Shown here piece by piece: positions 8,396-16,929 of a DNA stretch of 54,546 bases. The stretch covers positions 1 to 54,546 of the IMG/VR virus record IMGVR_UViG_3300032562_000035; one strand, given 5' to 3'. Under the pieces are notes generated by a model. It worked only from the letters and a program-made list of their open reading frames with translations. It ran no database searches and had not been told where the DNA came from. The position numbers and the translations under genes are program-made. Source of the stretch: a virus (taxonomy: Duplodnaviria > Caudoviricetes). How positions within the stretch are numbered: position 1 is the first letter of the stretch; each line of letters starts with the position of its first letter.

Positions 8396-8572
8396 TTATG
8401 CTACTCGTTGATGACACTGGCACCGAATGGGCCAGACGTTTGAAGGCTCATCATCGGGAGGCGAGGGGTCAACCTCGGTCTCCACCCAGGGAGTGTCGGT
8501 GTCGATGACAACGAACCGGCCCCTCCCATCGGTGACGAGAGCCTGGGAGCAATTCAGCTTGGCGATAACCAT
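8396..8572 (-). CDS. Hypothetical protein
   Basis: GGAGG RBS before MVIAKLN. Confidence 0.55.
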   Translation of the reverse strand: MVIAKLNCSQALVTDGRGRFVVIDTDTPWVETEVDPSPPDDEPSNVWPIRCQCHQRVA

Positions 8573-8680
8573 AATAACCTCCATTGGGATAACCCCAATT
8601 AAAGTATCGGTCGCCAACCCTGGACAAACAAGGGGAAAAGACGTAACTTGAGTACGGGAATAAACCCCTTTGGAGATCCT

Positions 8681-8872
8681 ATGACCCATGAACCCACCCC
8701 CTTCCCCAAGCTGATCGACACCCATGGGGCTGCCGACCTCTCTGGGCTGTCCGAAGCCCTCCTGATCACCCTCCGAAAAGAGCAGAAGGGTCCGAAGTGC
8801 ATCAAAATCGGTCGCCAGTATCTGTATGACCCGGAAACGGTCGCTGCCTGGCGCAAGGACCTGAATCTGTAA
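8681..8872 (+). CDS. AlpA/Xis-like helix-turn-helix DNA-binding protein
   Basis: LIDTHGAADLSGLS...GPKCIKIGRQYLYDPETVAAW is a typical AlpA/HTH_17 pattern. Confidence 0.8.
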   Translation: MTHEPTPFPKLIDTHGAADLSGLSEALLITLRKEQKGPKCIKIGRQYLYDPETVAAWRKDLNL

Positions 8873-8892
8873 CCTATCAAGCCTCCAAGATC

Positions 8893-8918
8893 GGCCCCCT
8901 TTCGGGGGCCTTTCTTTT
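8893..8918 (+). terminator. Rho-independent terminator
   Basis: GGCCCCC-tttc-GGGGGCC-TTTCTTTT. Confidence 0.85.
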
Positions 8919-10326
8919 AAGTGTGCCCTTCCGCTTTGGCGAAGTGGTTGGTGGCACCATCGAAGTGCAACTGGAACTTGAAGCCAGCCTTCCCATTCCG
9001 GTTCTTCAGCACCTTGATCCAGGTCGGATCCTGTTCATCAACCTTCGAGACTTCCTTCTGGGTCTCCCAGGGGGCCCGATCAACCCCATTCTTGGCCTTG
9101 GCCCCATACAGAGCCAGGATCGTCTGGGCATCCTGCTCCAACTGACCGGTCTCCCTGAGATCCTCCATCCCGGGTTCCCCTTCGGCCCCGTCCCGGTTCA
9201 CTTGGCACAACAGGACGATGCAGATGCCCAACGTCTGGGCCAGGGACCGGATCTGACCGGACAACTTGGCCGCTTCGTTGTAGACACTGGACCCCTTGCC
9301 CGGGTCAGGCCGACCGATCAGGCCGAAGTAGTCAATGCAGACCATCTTGATGCCATGTCTCAGGACCGCTCCACGGATCTTGGATTCGATCCGGCTCCAG
9401 GGGGTTCGACTGGGGGCAGCCCAGACGATGACCCTGTTCAGGTGGTCCCGGTGGTCGTTCAGGGTGCTGACTTCATGGGGACCATAGTTGCCCTTCCAGA
9501 AGGCTCCCGACCGGTGCATGGTCACCCAGGAGGCAAGACGGGCATGAACCTCCACCTTGGGCAATTCCAGACTGATGAACAGGCACTTATCCCCCGGGAT
9601 CATCTCTGTTTCGGGTCCATACTGCCCCACAAAGGTCTCTGGGCGGTCGGCAGTGGTCTCACAGAGCGTCTGGATCACCAGGGCGGTCTTGCCCCGCCCA
9701 GGTCGTGCACAGATGATCACCAGATTCCCGCTGGAGGCCGGGATCTCTTCATCCAGGTCTCCCACTCCGAAGTAGGCAAGTTTTGCCGAGTTGGGATCGA
9801 CCGCGAACCGTTCGTGGGACGCAACCCTCTCCATGATCTCATCCCCGCAGGGGGTAGGGGCATCATCACCCCCAGCCATGATGTCCAGGGCCTCCCGGGC
9901 CGCTTCGTAGATGATCTCCTGGTGGTTCTCCATGGGGTTGGCGGCCTTTTCGGCAGCGATGGAGAATACCCTGACCGCTTCCCTCCGGTGGAACAGATCG
10001 ACCAACCGCTTGCCCATGGGGATCGGGTCCCCGATGTATTTGATATTCTCAAAGGAAGCACTGTATTCACCCAGTTCCTTGGTGTTCTTGATGATCCCCA
10101 TGGCTCTGAGTTCCCCCAGGATCAACTGGAACTCAGGGCAAGTGCCACCATTCACTAGATTCTTCATGGCCTTGAACCAGTTCCGGGTCATCGGGAAACC
10201 AAGGGCCTCCACGGGGACCAGACTGAGGGCCTGATGCCCATCTGCCGCCCCGGCTTGGAGCGAGTCCATGACCGCATAGACGAAATCCTTTTCGGCGCTC
10301 TCATCGAACAGCCCTTCGTAGTTCAC
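8917..10326 (-). CDS. dnaB: DnaB-like replicative helicase
   Basis: Walker A ARPGRGKT, FISLE, IDYFGL, LCQVNR, DLRETGQLEQDA, KNRNG; GTG start overlaps the initiator stop. Confidence 0.92.
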   Translation of the reverse strand: MNYEGLFDESAEKDFVYAVMDSLQAGAADGHQALSLVPVEALGFPMTRNWFKAMKNLVNGGTCPEFQLILGELRAMGIIKNTKELGEYSASFENIKYIGDPIPMGKRLVDLFHRREAVRVFSIAAEKAANPMENHQEIIYEAAREALDIMAGGDDAPTPCGDEIMERVASHERFAVDPNSAKLAYFGVGDLDEEIPASSGNLVIICARPGRGKTALVIQTLCETTADRPETFVGQYGPETEMIPGDKCLFISLELPKVEVHARLASWVTMHRSGAFWKGNYGPHEVSTLNDHRDHLNRVIVWAAPSRTPWSRIESKIRGAVLRHGIKMVCIDYFGLIGRPDPGKGSSVYNEAAKLSGQIRSLAQTLGICIVLLCQVNRDGAEGEPGMEDLRETGQLEQDAQTILALYGAKAKNGVDRAPWETQKEVSKVDEQDPTWIKVLKNRNGKAGFKFQLHFDGATNHFAKAEGHT

Positions 10327-11066
10327 ACTGCCTCCTGATGGGTGATGCGCTCTCGCGCTTGTGACAGATAATCCAGCCAGACCTTCTGGGGTCCCAGGAA
10401 GGTAGCCAAGGCTTTCACATACCGCTTGGTCTTCGCCATGTCCTGGGTATACAGGAAGGCGCACATGGCGAGTTCCTCCCCGTTGGCTTCCCTGGTCTTC
10501 AAGGTTCTCTCGTAGAGAGAACGGACCTTGGTGCTGGAGGTGTAGGGTGCTGACGAACCATCGTATTGCTTCCTGGGCCACACCTCACAGAGCCTTGAAA
10601 CCCAGACATCTACAGCACCGTCAGGTGCGGCTTTTGACATATCTTTTTCTATACTCTTCTCTTCTCTTCTATATGGCATGTGCTTAGCACTTGCTAGCAC
10701 TTGCTTAGCACTTGCTATAGATGTAGATCTGGCGCGGCCTCCAGAGGCACCTGCAAACTTGCGAGATACCCTCTCTTTATCTTTTTCAGTACGTTCCGTG
10801 TTGAGCCGTTCATTAACAAGTCGCCCAGGAAGGATCTCAATGAAGCACTTGCTTAGCACTTGCCAAGCACTTGCCATAACCTCTTCGGGGCACCCACAGA
10901 TGTCGGCAAGTTTTGCCTGGTCGTTGGGGATGCACCCTTCAGCCCAGCATTCATCCAGGAGATCCCGGTAGAGTCCCCGTTGGATGTAGGTCATGCGTTG
11001 CACGGTACGGCTGGCCCGGAAATCCTGCCAGAACCATTTGTAGTAGGGTAAGGGCGGTAGGGTCAT
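10323..11066 (-). CDS. Replication initiator, DUF1376/YdaU family
   Basis: LPYYKWFWQDF...RGLYRDLLDECW...IPND..KLADICG, LVNERL; directly upstream of the helicase; internal iterons. Confidence 0.82.
   Translation of the reverse strand: MTLPPLPYYKWFWQDFRASRTVQRMTYIQRGLYRDLLDECWAEGCIPNDQAKLADICGCPEEVMASAWQVLSKCFIEILPGRLVNERLNTERTEKDKERVSRKFAGASGGRARSTSIASAKQVLASAKHMPYRREEKSIEKDMSKAAPDGAVDVWVSRLCEVWPRKQYDGSSAPYTSSTKVRSLYERTLKTREANGEELAMCAFLYTQDMAKTKRYVKALATFLGPQKVWLDYLSQARERITHQEAV
10640..10875. repeat. Putative replication origin: six AGCACTTGC iterons plus an AT-rich tract inside the initiator gene
   Basis: Three copies in 10681-10717 and three in 10844-10874 at 10-11 bp period; AT/pyrimidine tract at 10640-10675 (lambda O-like layout). 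Confidence 0.75.
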
Positions 11067-11085
11067 CGAAAGGTGCCAAGGTGGA

Positions 11086-11150
11086 CCCACCCCCCCCCGT
11101 TGTTTGGTCGAGTTCTGCCGCACTGGCAGACAAACAGGGGGGGGGATGGG
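11086..11150 (-). promoter_or_regulatory. Long hairpin in the initiator 5' leader
   Basis: Nested CCCA/TGGG, C9/G9, TGTTTG/CAAACA and TCTGCC/GGCAGA arms. Confidence 0.65.
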
Positions 11151-11193
11151 AAGTCAGGATGGGGGTTTGTTCGGACTCGACTCCGACCACCCT

Positions 11194-11243
11194 AGAATAA
11201 TCTACCGGGACCTCTTGTCAAGGACCAAAGCGGAACGTATCTT
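11194..11243. promoter_or_regulatory. Divergent promoters with overlapping -35 boxes
   Basis: Minus strand TTGACA-16-TATTCT; plus strand TTGTCA-17-TATCTT. Confidence 0.7.
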
Positions 11244-11249
11244 GATCTC

Positions 11250-11445
11250 GCCCCAGCGTTGTTCTCCCTCTCGCGGGAGAGAGACTCTATCCCAATGGAT
11301 TGTGCTGCCGCCCGGGGCAAGAGAAACAGCCACCCACCGTCATGAGTGTCCCCAGAGATGGGATGGCTGAAGGGAACACTCCCCAATGGTCGGAGCAACC
11401 CGATCCCAAAAAAGCCCCACAGCCCCTCCATTGGGGCTGTTTTTT
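11250..11445 (+). ncRNA. Candidate ~195-nt structured small RNA
   Basis: Own promoter and terminator, several stems, possible pseudoknot, no convincing ORF. Confidence 0.5.
11419..11445 (+). terminator. Rho-independent terminator
   Basis: ACAGCCCC-tccatt-GGGGCTGT-TTTTT. Confidence 0.85.
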
Positions 11446-11448
11446 GTC

Positions 11449-11476
11449 TTGACTACGGGTCATAAAGGCTTACCCT
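11449..11476 (+). promoter_or_regulatory. Sigma70-like promoter for the ssb operon
   Basis: TTGACT-16-TACCCT. Confidence 0.55.
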
Positions 11477-11506
11477 AGCAATTGACGGTCACCGTCTACT
11501 AGGGAG

Positions 11507-11929
11507 ATGTTTATGAAGGACTGGAACTCCATCACCATCATCGGGTTCTGCGGAAGGGACCCGGAGATCAAGGAGACCAAGGGTGGCAAGGCTTGCTGCC
11601 GCATGTCGGTTTCCACCTCTGAATACTGGAACGATAAGGCAAGCGGGGAGCGCAAGTCCACCACGGAGTGGCACATGTGCGTGGCGTGGGAGAAGGTCGC
11701 CACCCTGATTGCCGCCCAGGGGATCAAGAAGGGCACCCGGGTCATGGTCAAGGGCAAGATGCACTACAACTCCTTCAAGAAGCAGGATGGGACCGACTCC
11801 AAGGAAGCCCAGATCCTGGTGGAGGACATCGGGGTGCTGGAGAAGAACGCTCCTACGGGTGGCGAGTCCTACACGGGGCCCCGGTCCAACGTGAAGGTCG
11901 TTGAGGATGATGACGATATCCCATTCTGA
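11507..11929 (+). CDS. ssb: Single-stranded DNA-binding protein
   Basis: GRDPE, TSEYWNDKASGERK..TEWH, acidic tail DDDDIPF. Confidence 0.95.
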   Translation: MFMKDWNSITIIGFCGRDPEIKETKGGKACCRMSVSTSEYWNDKASGERKSTTEWHMCVAWEKVATLIAAQGIKKGTRVMVKGKMHYNSFKKQDGTDSKEAQILVEDIGVLEKNAPTGGESYTGPRSNVKVVEDDDDIPF

Positions 11930-11936
11930 GGTCCCC

Positions 11937-12155
11937 ATGATCATCTTCGACACGGAACACCGACTGCCGGAAGCCTTTGTCAAACAAGGGCTGGAATGGG
12001 CAAAAACCGCACGGCTATTCGGTGTTCCGGTCGAAGGCATGACCCGGGAGGAACTCAAGGCTTCCGTTTGCCAGGGCTGGAAGCGGTATGCGGAGATGGT
12101 CGGGGATCTGACCAAGGACCAGTTCATGGGCAAGATCGACCAGGGGCGCAGATAA
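11937..12155 (+). CDS. Hypothetical protein
   Basis: GAGG RBS; TAATG coupling to rusA. Confidence 0.65.
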   Translation: MIIFDTEHRLPEAFVKQGLEWAKTARLFGVPVEGMTREELKASVCQGWKRYAEMVGDLTKDQFMGKIDQGRR

Positions 12156-12655
12156 TGCCTTCCAAGGATGTCATCACCAAGAACATCCCCCACATCGAAG
12201 GCGAGTTCTGGCTCCCCTATGAGCCGGTAGCCAAAGGGAGGCCCCGGATGGGCAAGTGGGGTGCCTATACCCCCAAGAAGACCGAAGACGCTGAGATGTA
12301 TATCAGGAACTGGGTAGCGGCTCACCATACCCTGCATGGGCCGCTACCCTATCCTCTGTCCATGGACATCACCTTCTTCTGCTCCGCAACCAAGGCTGGT
12401 TACCATGTCAAACGACCCGATGTCGATAACTTCCTTAAGCTACTGCTTGATGCGCTCGGCCCCAACAACCAGCGGCCTGGCCTCCTATACCTGGATGACG
12501 CTCAGGTCTGCGACATCCATGTCCGTAAGCTCTGCCATCCGATCCGGGGTATCTGGGTCAAATGGTCTACACTCCCTGACTACACCCCCGTTGACCATCC
12601 CATGACCAGGGAGTTGACCCATGCTGGAACGAAGAAAGCCTCACTTTTTGCCTAG
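12155..12655 (+). CDS. rusA: RusA-family Holliday junction resolvase
   Basis: PVAKGRPR, YTPKKT, KRPDVDNFLKLLLDAL, DDAQV. Confidence 0.9.
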   Translation: MPSKDVITKNIPHIEGEFWLPYEPVAKGRPRMGKWGAYTPKKTEDAEMYIRNWVAAHHTLHGPLPYPLSMDITFFCSATKAGYHVKRPDVDNFLKLLLDALGPNNQRPGLLYLDDAQVCDIHVRKLCHPIRGIWVKWSTLPDYTPVDHPMTRELTHAGTKKASLFA

Positions 12656-12712
12656 GATTTTCTTTATCACCCTGCGCGACCTGAATTTCAAATTCAAACT
12701 CTGGATTACGAG

Positions 12713-12937
12713 GTGGTTGTGACTGAAGAAGGAAAACGGGAACACAACGACAACAATGCCAGGGCGACCGTCCAGATGGCGATGGAGCTATTAGGCCGGT
12801 GCCATGAGGACCGCGACCGTTATAGGGATGCCCTAGTCCGAAGCGATATTATTCTGGGGGAATCCTCCAGGAGCAACTACGAGTTGATCGTCAAGATGGA
12901 AGCTGTCCAGAAAATCATCAAGGCATCGTTGGAGTAG
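12713..12937 (+). CDS. Hypothetical protein
   Basis: ORF abutting the glycosyltransferase gene. Confidence 0.55.
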   Translation: MVVTEEGKREHNDNNARATVQMAMELLGRCHEDRDRYRDALVRSDIILGESSRSNYELIVKMEAVQKIIKASLE

Positions 12938-12939
12938 CC

Positions 12940-13941
12940 ATGCATATCAAACTCAGTATGATCGTCAGGAATGAGGCCCATGTGTTGGGCCGGTGCCTGA
13001 AGTCGGTCCTCCCCCTGATCGACAGCTATCGGATCGTGGACACGGGGTCCACCGACAACACAGTCCAGGTCATCAAGGCTTGGCTTGGACACCTGGACGG
13101 GGAGATCCTGCACAGCCTATGGCAGAACGATTTTGCCTACCACCGGAACGAAGCCCTGCCGGAACCCGGAACCTGCGATTACGTCCTGATCATGGATGCC
13201 GATGACGAGTTGGTGGTCAACCCTGAACTGGATAAGGAAGCCCTGGAATTCGACTGTTACAGCATCGCAGACATCCAGCAGGGGATGATCAACTACAGGC
13301 CCCACCTATTCAAGCCGTTGCCTGGAGTCGAGTGGTATGGTGTGCGCCATGAGGATGTCTGGGGATTCCCGGTATCCCATCCCTTCGACCCGAAGGACAT
13401 GCGGATCTACGTCAAGCATGAGGGGGACCGGTCGAAGAACCCGCGCCGGTTCCTGGATGATGCGGAGGCCCTGATCGAAGCCAGGAACAAGATCGACCGC
13501 GCCAATGACCACCGCAAGATGTATGACATCTACACTTCGCACATCGGCCAGAGCTTCTGTGATGCCAAGATGTTCGACCAGGGGATCAAGTATTTCAAGG
13601 AATACACCAAACTCACCAATGGCCTTACCAAGGATTTCCAGTATGGAGCCTACCTGAAGATCGCCGCCATGCTGGACGAGTCCCAGGAACCCCTGGAGAA
13701 GACCGTGAAGGCTTACAAGGCTGCCATCAAGTGCAACCCGAGCCGGATCGAAGCCTACACCCTGCTTTCCTTCTACCTATGTCGGGCTGGGCAGTTCCTG
13801 GAAGCCAAGAAGATCATGGGCAAGGCTGTGAAACTCCCGTTCAAGCTTGATGCCATCAACCAGATGACGGTCTGGTGGAGGGACCGTCAGGCCATCTATG
13901 ACAAGATTTGTGAAACTGCCAAACTCCAGGAGGTCAAATGA
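12940..13941 (+). CDS. GT2 glycosyltransferase with C-terminal TPR repeats
   Basis: MIVRNEA..LGRCLKSV, IVDTGSTD, DFAYHRN, IMDADD (DxD), HE; helical TPR-like C-terminus. Confidence 0.9.
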   Translation: MHIKLSMIVRNEAHVLGRCLKSVLPLIDSYRIVDTGSTDNTVQVIKAWLGHLDGEILHSLWQNDFAYHRNEALPEPGTCDYVLIMDADDELVVNPELDKEALEFDCYSIADIQQGMINYRPHLFKPLPGVEWYGVRHEDVWGFPVSHPFDPKDMRIYVKHEGDRSKNPRRFLDDAEALIEARNKIDRANDHRKMYDIYTSHIGQSFCDAKMFDQGIKYFKEYTKLTNGLTKDFQYGAYLKIAAMLDESQEPLEKTVKAYKAAIKCNPSRIEAYTLLSFYLCRAGQFLEAKKIMGKAVKLPFKLDAINQMTVWWRDRQAIYDKICETAKLQEVK

Positions 13942-14531
13942 AGTATATCGGAGACATCTCAAAGGAGGACGCGCATGTCCTGGGAATCCTGGGCAAGGGG
14001 GGACAAGTTCTGGAGTTCGGCATGGGTGGATCAACCCAAGTGCTTGCCCAGGTCGCTGAACATCTCATCTCAGTTGAGACCGATCCTGATTGGGTGGTGC
14101 GAACCAGAGGCAACCTTGACGCTCTGGGCATCGACCCGAAGAGGTATGACCTGATCCCCTACTTCAAATGGCCTGAGTTCGTGCGTCCCCTGAGAAAGAA
14201 GTTCGACCTGATCTTCGTGGATGGGGTGGACGAGATGCGCTTCCCCTTCGCCATCATGTCCTTCCCGATGCTGAAGGTGGGTGGGTTCATGTGCTTCCAT
14301 GACACTCGGCGCACCCCCGACATGGCGAACTTCCTGAACACGGTCCTGAACTTCAAGGACGAGATCGACCACTCCAACCTGAACTGGAGGTCCAGCAACA
14401 TCTCCTGCGCCCTCAAGAAAATGCCTGAACCCTATGTGGACTGGAACAAGGTCGAGAAGCGGGAGCCTTGGATGACCGGTGCCGTGCCTCCCCCCGCCGA
14501 TTGGGTCAAGAAAGTGAAGGGTGTCCAGTGA
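13938..14531 (+). CDS. Class I SAM-dependent methyltransferase (Methyltransf_24-like)
   Basis: VLEFGMGGST, SVETDPDW, FDLIFVDG, LKVGG...HD; ATGA-coupled to GT2. Confidence 0.85.
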   Translation: MKYIGDISKEDAHVLGILGKGGQVLEFGMGGSTQVLAQVAEHLISVETDPDWVVRTRGNLDALGIDPKRYDLIPYFKWPEFVRPLRKKFDLIFVDGVDEMRFPFAIMSFPMLKVGGFMCFHDTRRTPDMANFLNTVLNFKDEIDHSNLNWRSSNISCALKKMPEPYVDWNKVEKREPWMTGAVPPPADWVKKVKGVQ

Positions 14532-14815
14532 CTTTTATCGTCCGTCTTGTCGATGAGAAGGGGATCGAATCCTGCGGTTTCCACCTCCCCAACCAGGAGA
14601 TGATGGAGGAATATGTGGCCTCCGTCATGGCCCATGTCAGCTTCTACGTCCAGCGCATCATGGTCTATGAGTCGGAATATGAGCCTAGGACACTCATAGT
14701 TGGAGCAACCTCTTTCCATGTGAGTGCAGACCGGATGCGGCTCTTCAAGGAAATCTATGTGGGCCACCGCCCCAAGGAAAAGTCTAGGCACTCCTTGCCT
14801 ACTTGCGGAGTTTGA
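14528..14815 (+). CDS. Hypothetical protein
   Basis: GTGA overlap with the methyltransferase gene. Confidence 0.6.
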   Translation: MTFIVRLVDEKGIESCGFHLPNQEMMEEYVASVMAHVSFYVQRIMVYESEYEPRTLIVGATSFHVSADRMRLFKEIYVGHRPKEKSRHSLPTCGV

Positions 14816-14842
14816 CGCATCCTGGAGGTCAGAGGGTGTGCC

Positions 14843-15493
14843 ATGTTGAGACCCAACGAACTGTTTGACGGACCAATCCTTGACCCGGAGGCTTTCGAGC
14901 GGGTCACCGAAGCCTTCAGCCAAGCCTCCAATTTCTTCTACCACGGCTGGGATGTTCAAGGGCAGGACCAGTATCCCGATTTCCCCCTCTGTGTCGAGTC
15001 CGACCAGGGGGGGTTTCTGGTTTGGATCGTAGGGGTGGTGATTGGCAACCGTCCCGGGAAAGCCTTACTGGTCGGTGCCACCAAGGTCCGTGGTTACAAG
15101 GACACCATCCATTCAGCCTTCGAGATCCTGCCGGGGATACCTGCCGGGATGGACGCAGACTCCAGGAAACACGCACTCCAGTCCTTACGCAGACGCATGA
15201 GGTTCGGGACCGTGATCCTGGCGAAGAAAGCCAAGTTGCTAGTGCATAACGACCCCTCCCAGGAGTACAACCATGGACTTCTACCCGCATTATCGAACCC
15301 CACACCTGACGATCAGGCGGGACGAAACGCAGTCCACGGTGCTGATCCAGGACGGGAGGTCCCTGCTGAAGGACCCGCTGCCGCCCGATGCGACCCTGGA
15401 CGAACTGAGGAACGCTGCGACCACGGAAATCCTGACTTTAGTGGTGCGCGATCTGGTGGACCTTATCCCTCTCTTGAGGGAACACGATGTTGA
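14843..15493 (+). CDS. Hypothetical protein; 3' end overlaps the next gene by about 220 nt
   Basis: GAGG RBS; the last ~70 codons look like shadow frame. Confidence 0.55.
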   Translation: MLRPNELFDGPILDPEAFERVTEAFSQASNFFYHGWDVQGQDQYPDFPLCVESDQGGFLVWIVGVVIGNRPGKALLVGATKVRGYKDTIHSAFEILPGIPAGMDADSRKHALQSLRRRMRFGTVILAKKAKLLVHNDPSQEYNHGLLPALSNPTPDDQAGRNAVHGADPGREVPAEGPAAARCDPGRTEERCDHGNPDFSGARSGGPYPSLEGTRC

Positions 15494-16565
15494 GGCTCCC
15501 TACATTGAGATAGACGAGCAGGAGATGAAGGTGATCCGCAGGATGGCCTTCCTGCGAGGGCGCATCCTCTTCCTGCCGAAACAGACCGCCAGGAAGCTCG
15601 GGAAACGGATGTGGACTCAGGCCATGAAGAGCCCTTTCTTTAAGCCTGAAGAGTTTGAGGGGAACATGCCCAGCATGGTGGTCTTCTCTTGCGATTTCGT
15701 CTGCTCCCAACTTTACCCGCCGATCTACCCCGACATTTATGCCAATGGGCGCACGGGAGGGGGTAGGGGGTTCAACAAGGAGTCCGTCTTCGACCTGGCC
15801 TCCGACCGTGGCATCCTGATCTCTTCGATGCCCCAGCACCCCCTAGAACGCTATACACGGCTGACCCCCCTGGAAGAGTGCAAGCAGATTGGAGTCCCTG
15901 AAGTGAAAAACGACCTGGAACTGCCAGAGGACTTCGAGCCGGTCAAGGGGAGCGACTTCCCTATCGCCAGGGAAGCCCTGCGTGGCCAGAAAGAGGCTAC
16001 CGGGGCCTTCATCAGTGACCGGACCTTCGATAACCTAATAATGCGGATCAATCGGGACGCACGGGAGAAGATCTATCGGGTGGGGAAGACCGCCATGAAC
16101 CGTTTTGAGATGATGGCTTACATCCCCTGGGCCATCTCTGAAGGCAGGACTAGGCGCGATCTGTGCCAGGGCATCAATGGGTGCCCTTCCATGCTGGAGA
16201 TTGCCAAGTGGGAGACCCTGTACCCTGACTTCAAGGAATCCCTACGTTTAGCGGAACAGGTCCAGGCCCATACCTTCATGGATCAGGCCCATGACATCGT
16301 GATGAACGTCCGTGCCGACAAGGACGAGATCGCCCAGGCGAAGCTCCAGAGCAACTTCCTGATGAAGAGGGCTGCCCTCCAGGACGAGAAGTTCCGCGAC
16401 AAACAGGTCATCCAGACGGAGAACCTGAACCAGAAGAACGAACTGGAACTCAAGCGCACCCTGAAGATGCTGATCATGGGCCATGCCGAAGCCCTGGATG
16501 GGGTGATTGACGTAACCCCGAATGCCCCGGTCCCCGAAGGGGAGGAAGACGATGCCCAGGCATAA
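15273..16565 (+). CDS. Terminase small subunit-like protein with a long N-terminal extension
   Basis: C-terminal ISEGRT..DLC...PS...KW...PDFKE....A...QA...D...DI......IAQAKLQ resembles HTH-type TerS; ends with a VIDVTP tail. Confidence 0.6.
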   Translation: MDFYPHYRTPHLTIRRDETQSTVLIQDGRSLLKDPLPPDATLDELRNAATTEILTLVVRDLVDLIPLLREHDVEAPYIEIDEQEMKVIRRMAFLRGRILFLPKQTARKLGKRMWTQAMKSPFFKPEEFEGNMPSMVVFSCDFVCSQLYPPIYPDIYANGRTGGGRGFNKESVFDLASDRGILISSMPQHPLERYTRLTPLEECKQIGVPEVKNDLELPEDFEPVKGSDFPIAREALRGQKEATGAFISDRTFDNLIMRINRDAREKIYRVGKTAMNRFEMMAYIPWAISEGRTRRDLCQGINGCPSMLEIAKWETLYPDFKESLRLAEQVQAHTFMDQAHDIVMNVRADKDEIAQAKLQSNFLMKRAALQDEKFRDKQVIQTENLNQKNELELKRTLKMLIMGHAEALDGVIDVTPNAPVPEGEEDDAQA

Positions 16566-16592
16566 GAAAGCCCCCGAAGGGGCCTTCTTTTC
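16564..16592. terminator. Bidirectional terminator
   Basis: AAGAAA-GCCCC-cgaa-GGGGC-CTTCTTTT between convergent genes. Confidence 0.8.
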
Positions 16593-16611
16593 TCGTCACA
16601 GTAGGTGGTGG

Positions 16612-16908
16612 CTAGTCCTCAGTGTCCTTCCCCTGGGGGTTCTGCGAGTTGCAGTTCATGCGGTTCATGGTTTCCGCATCCCTTTTCTGCCGTTCCCTGA
16701 AACGCCCCGCGATATTCACAGGATCCAGAGGGTCTATGGGGGAGGGTTCAGCCATGTGGCTGTGGACAACCTCTCCAGTCCGGGCGTTGTAGATGGTGAC
16801 ATTCTGGGAGGCAACATGACCACCCTTGTTGTCGCCTTGCAGGAACGGCTTGTGCATCTTCTTGGGGAGGATGCGGCACTTCAAATCTCGTTCAGGATCA
16901 AAGGGCAT
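16612..16908 (-). CDS. Hypothetical protein
   Basis: GGAAGGG RBS; follows the His-rich gene. Confidence 0.6.
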   Translation of the reverse strand: MPFDPERDLKCRILPKKMHKPFLQGDNKGGHVASQNVTIYNARTGEVVHSHMAEPSPIDPLDPVNIAGRFRERQKRDAETMNRMNCNSQNPQGKDTED

Positions 16909-16929
16909 GGTATCCCTTCCTTTCAGGGA

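Noticed and set aside
8923-10158. Long antisense ORFs (also 17803-18567, 19469-20656, 23148-24449, 39661-40569)
   Set aside because: Shadow frames of high-GC3 genes with clear family motifs on the other strand.
11320-11372. Hammerhead or hairpin ribozyme (GAAAC, AGAGAAACA, CTGAAG)
   Set aside because: The remaining conserved core nucleotides (CUGANGA, GUAUAUUAC) are absent.
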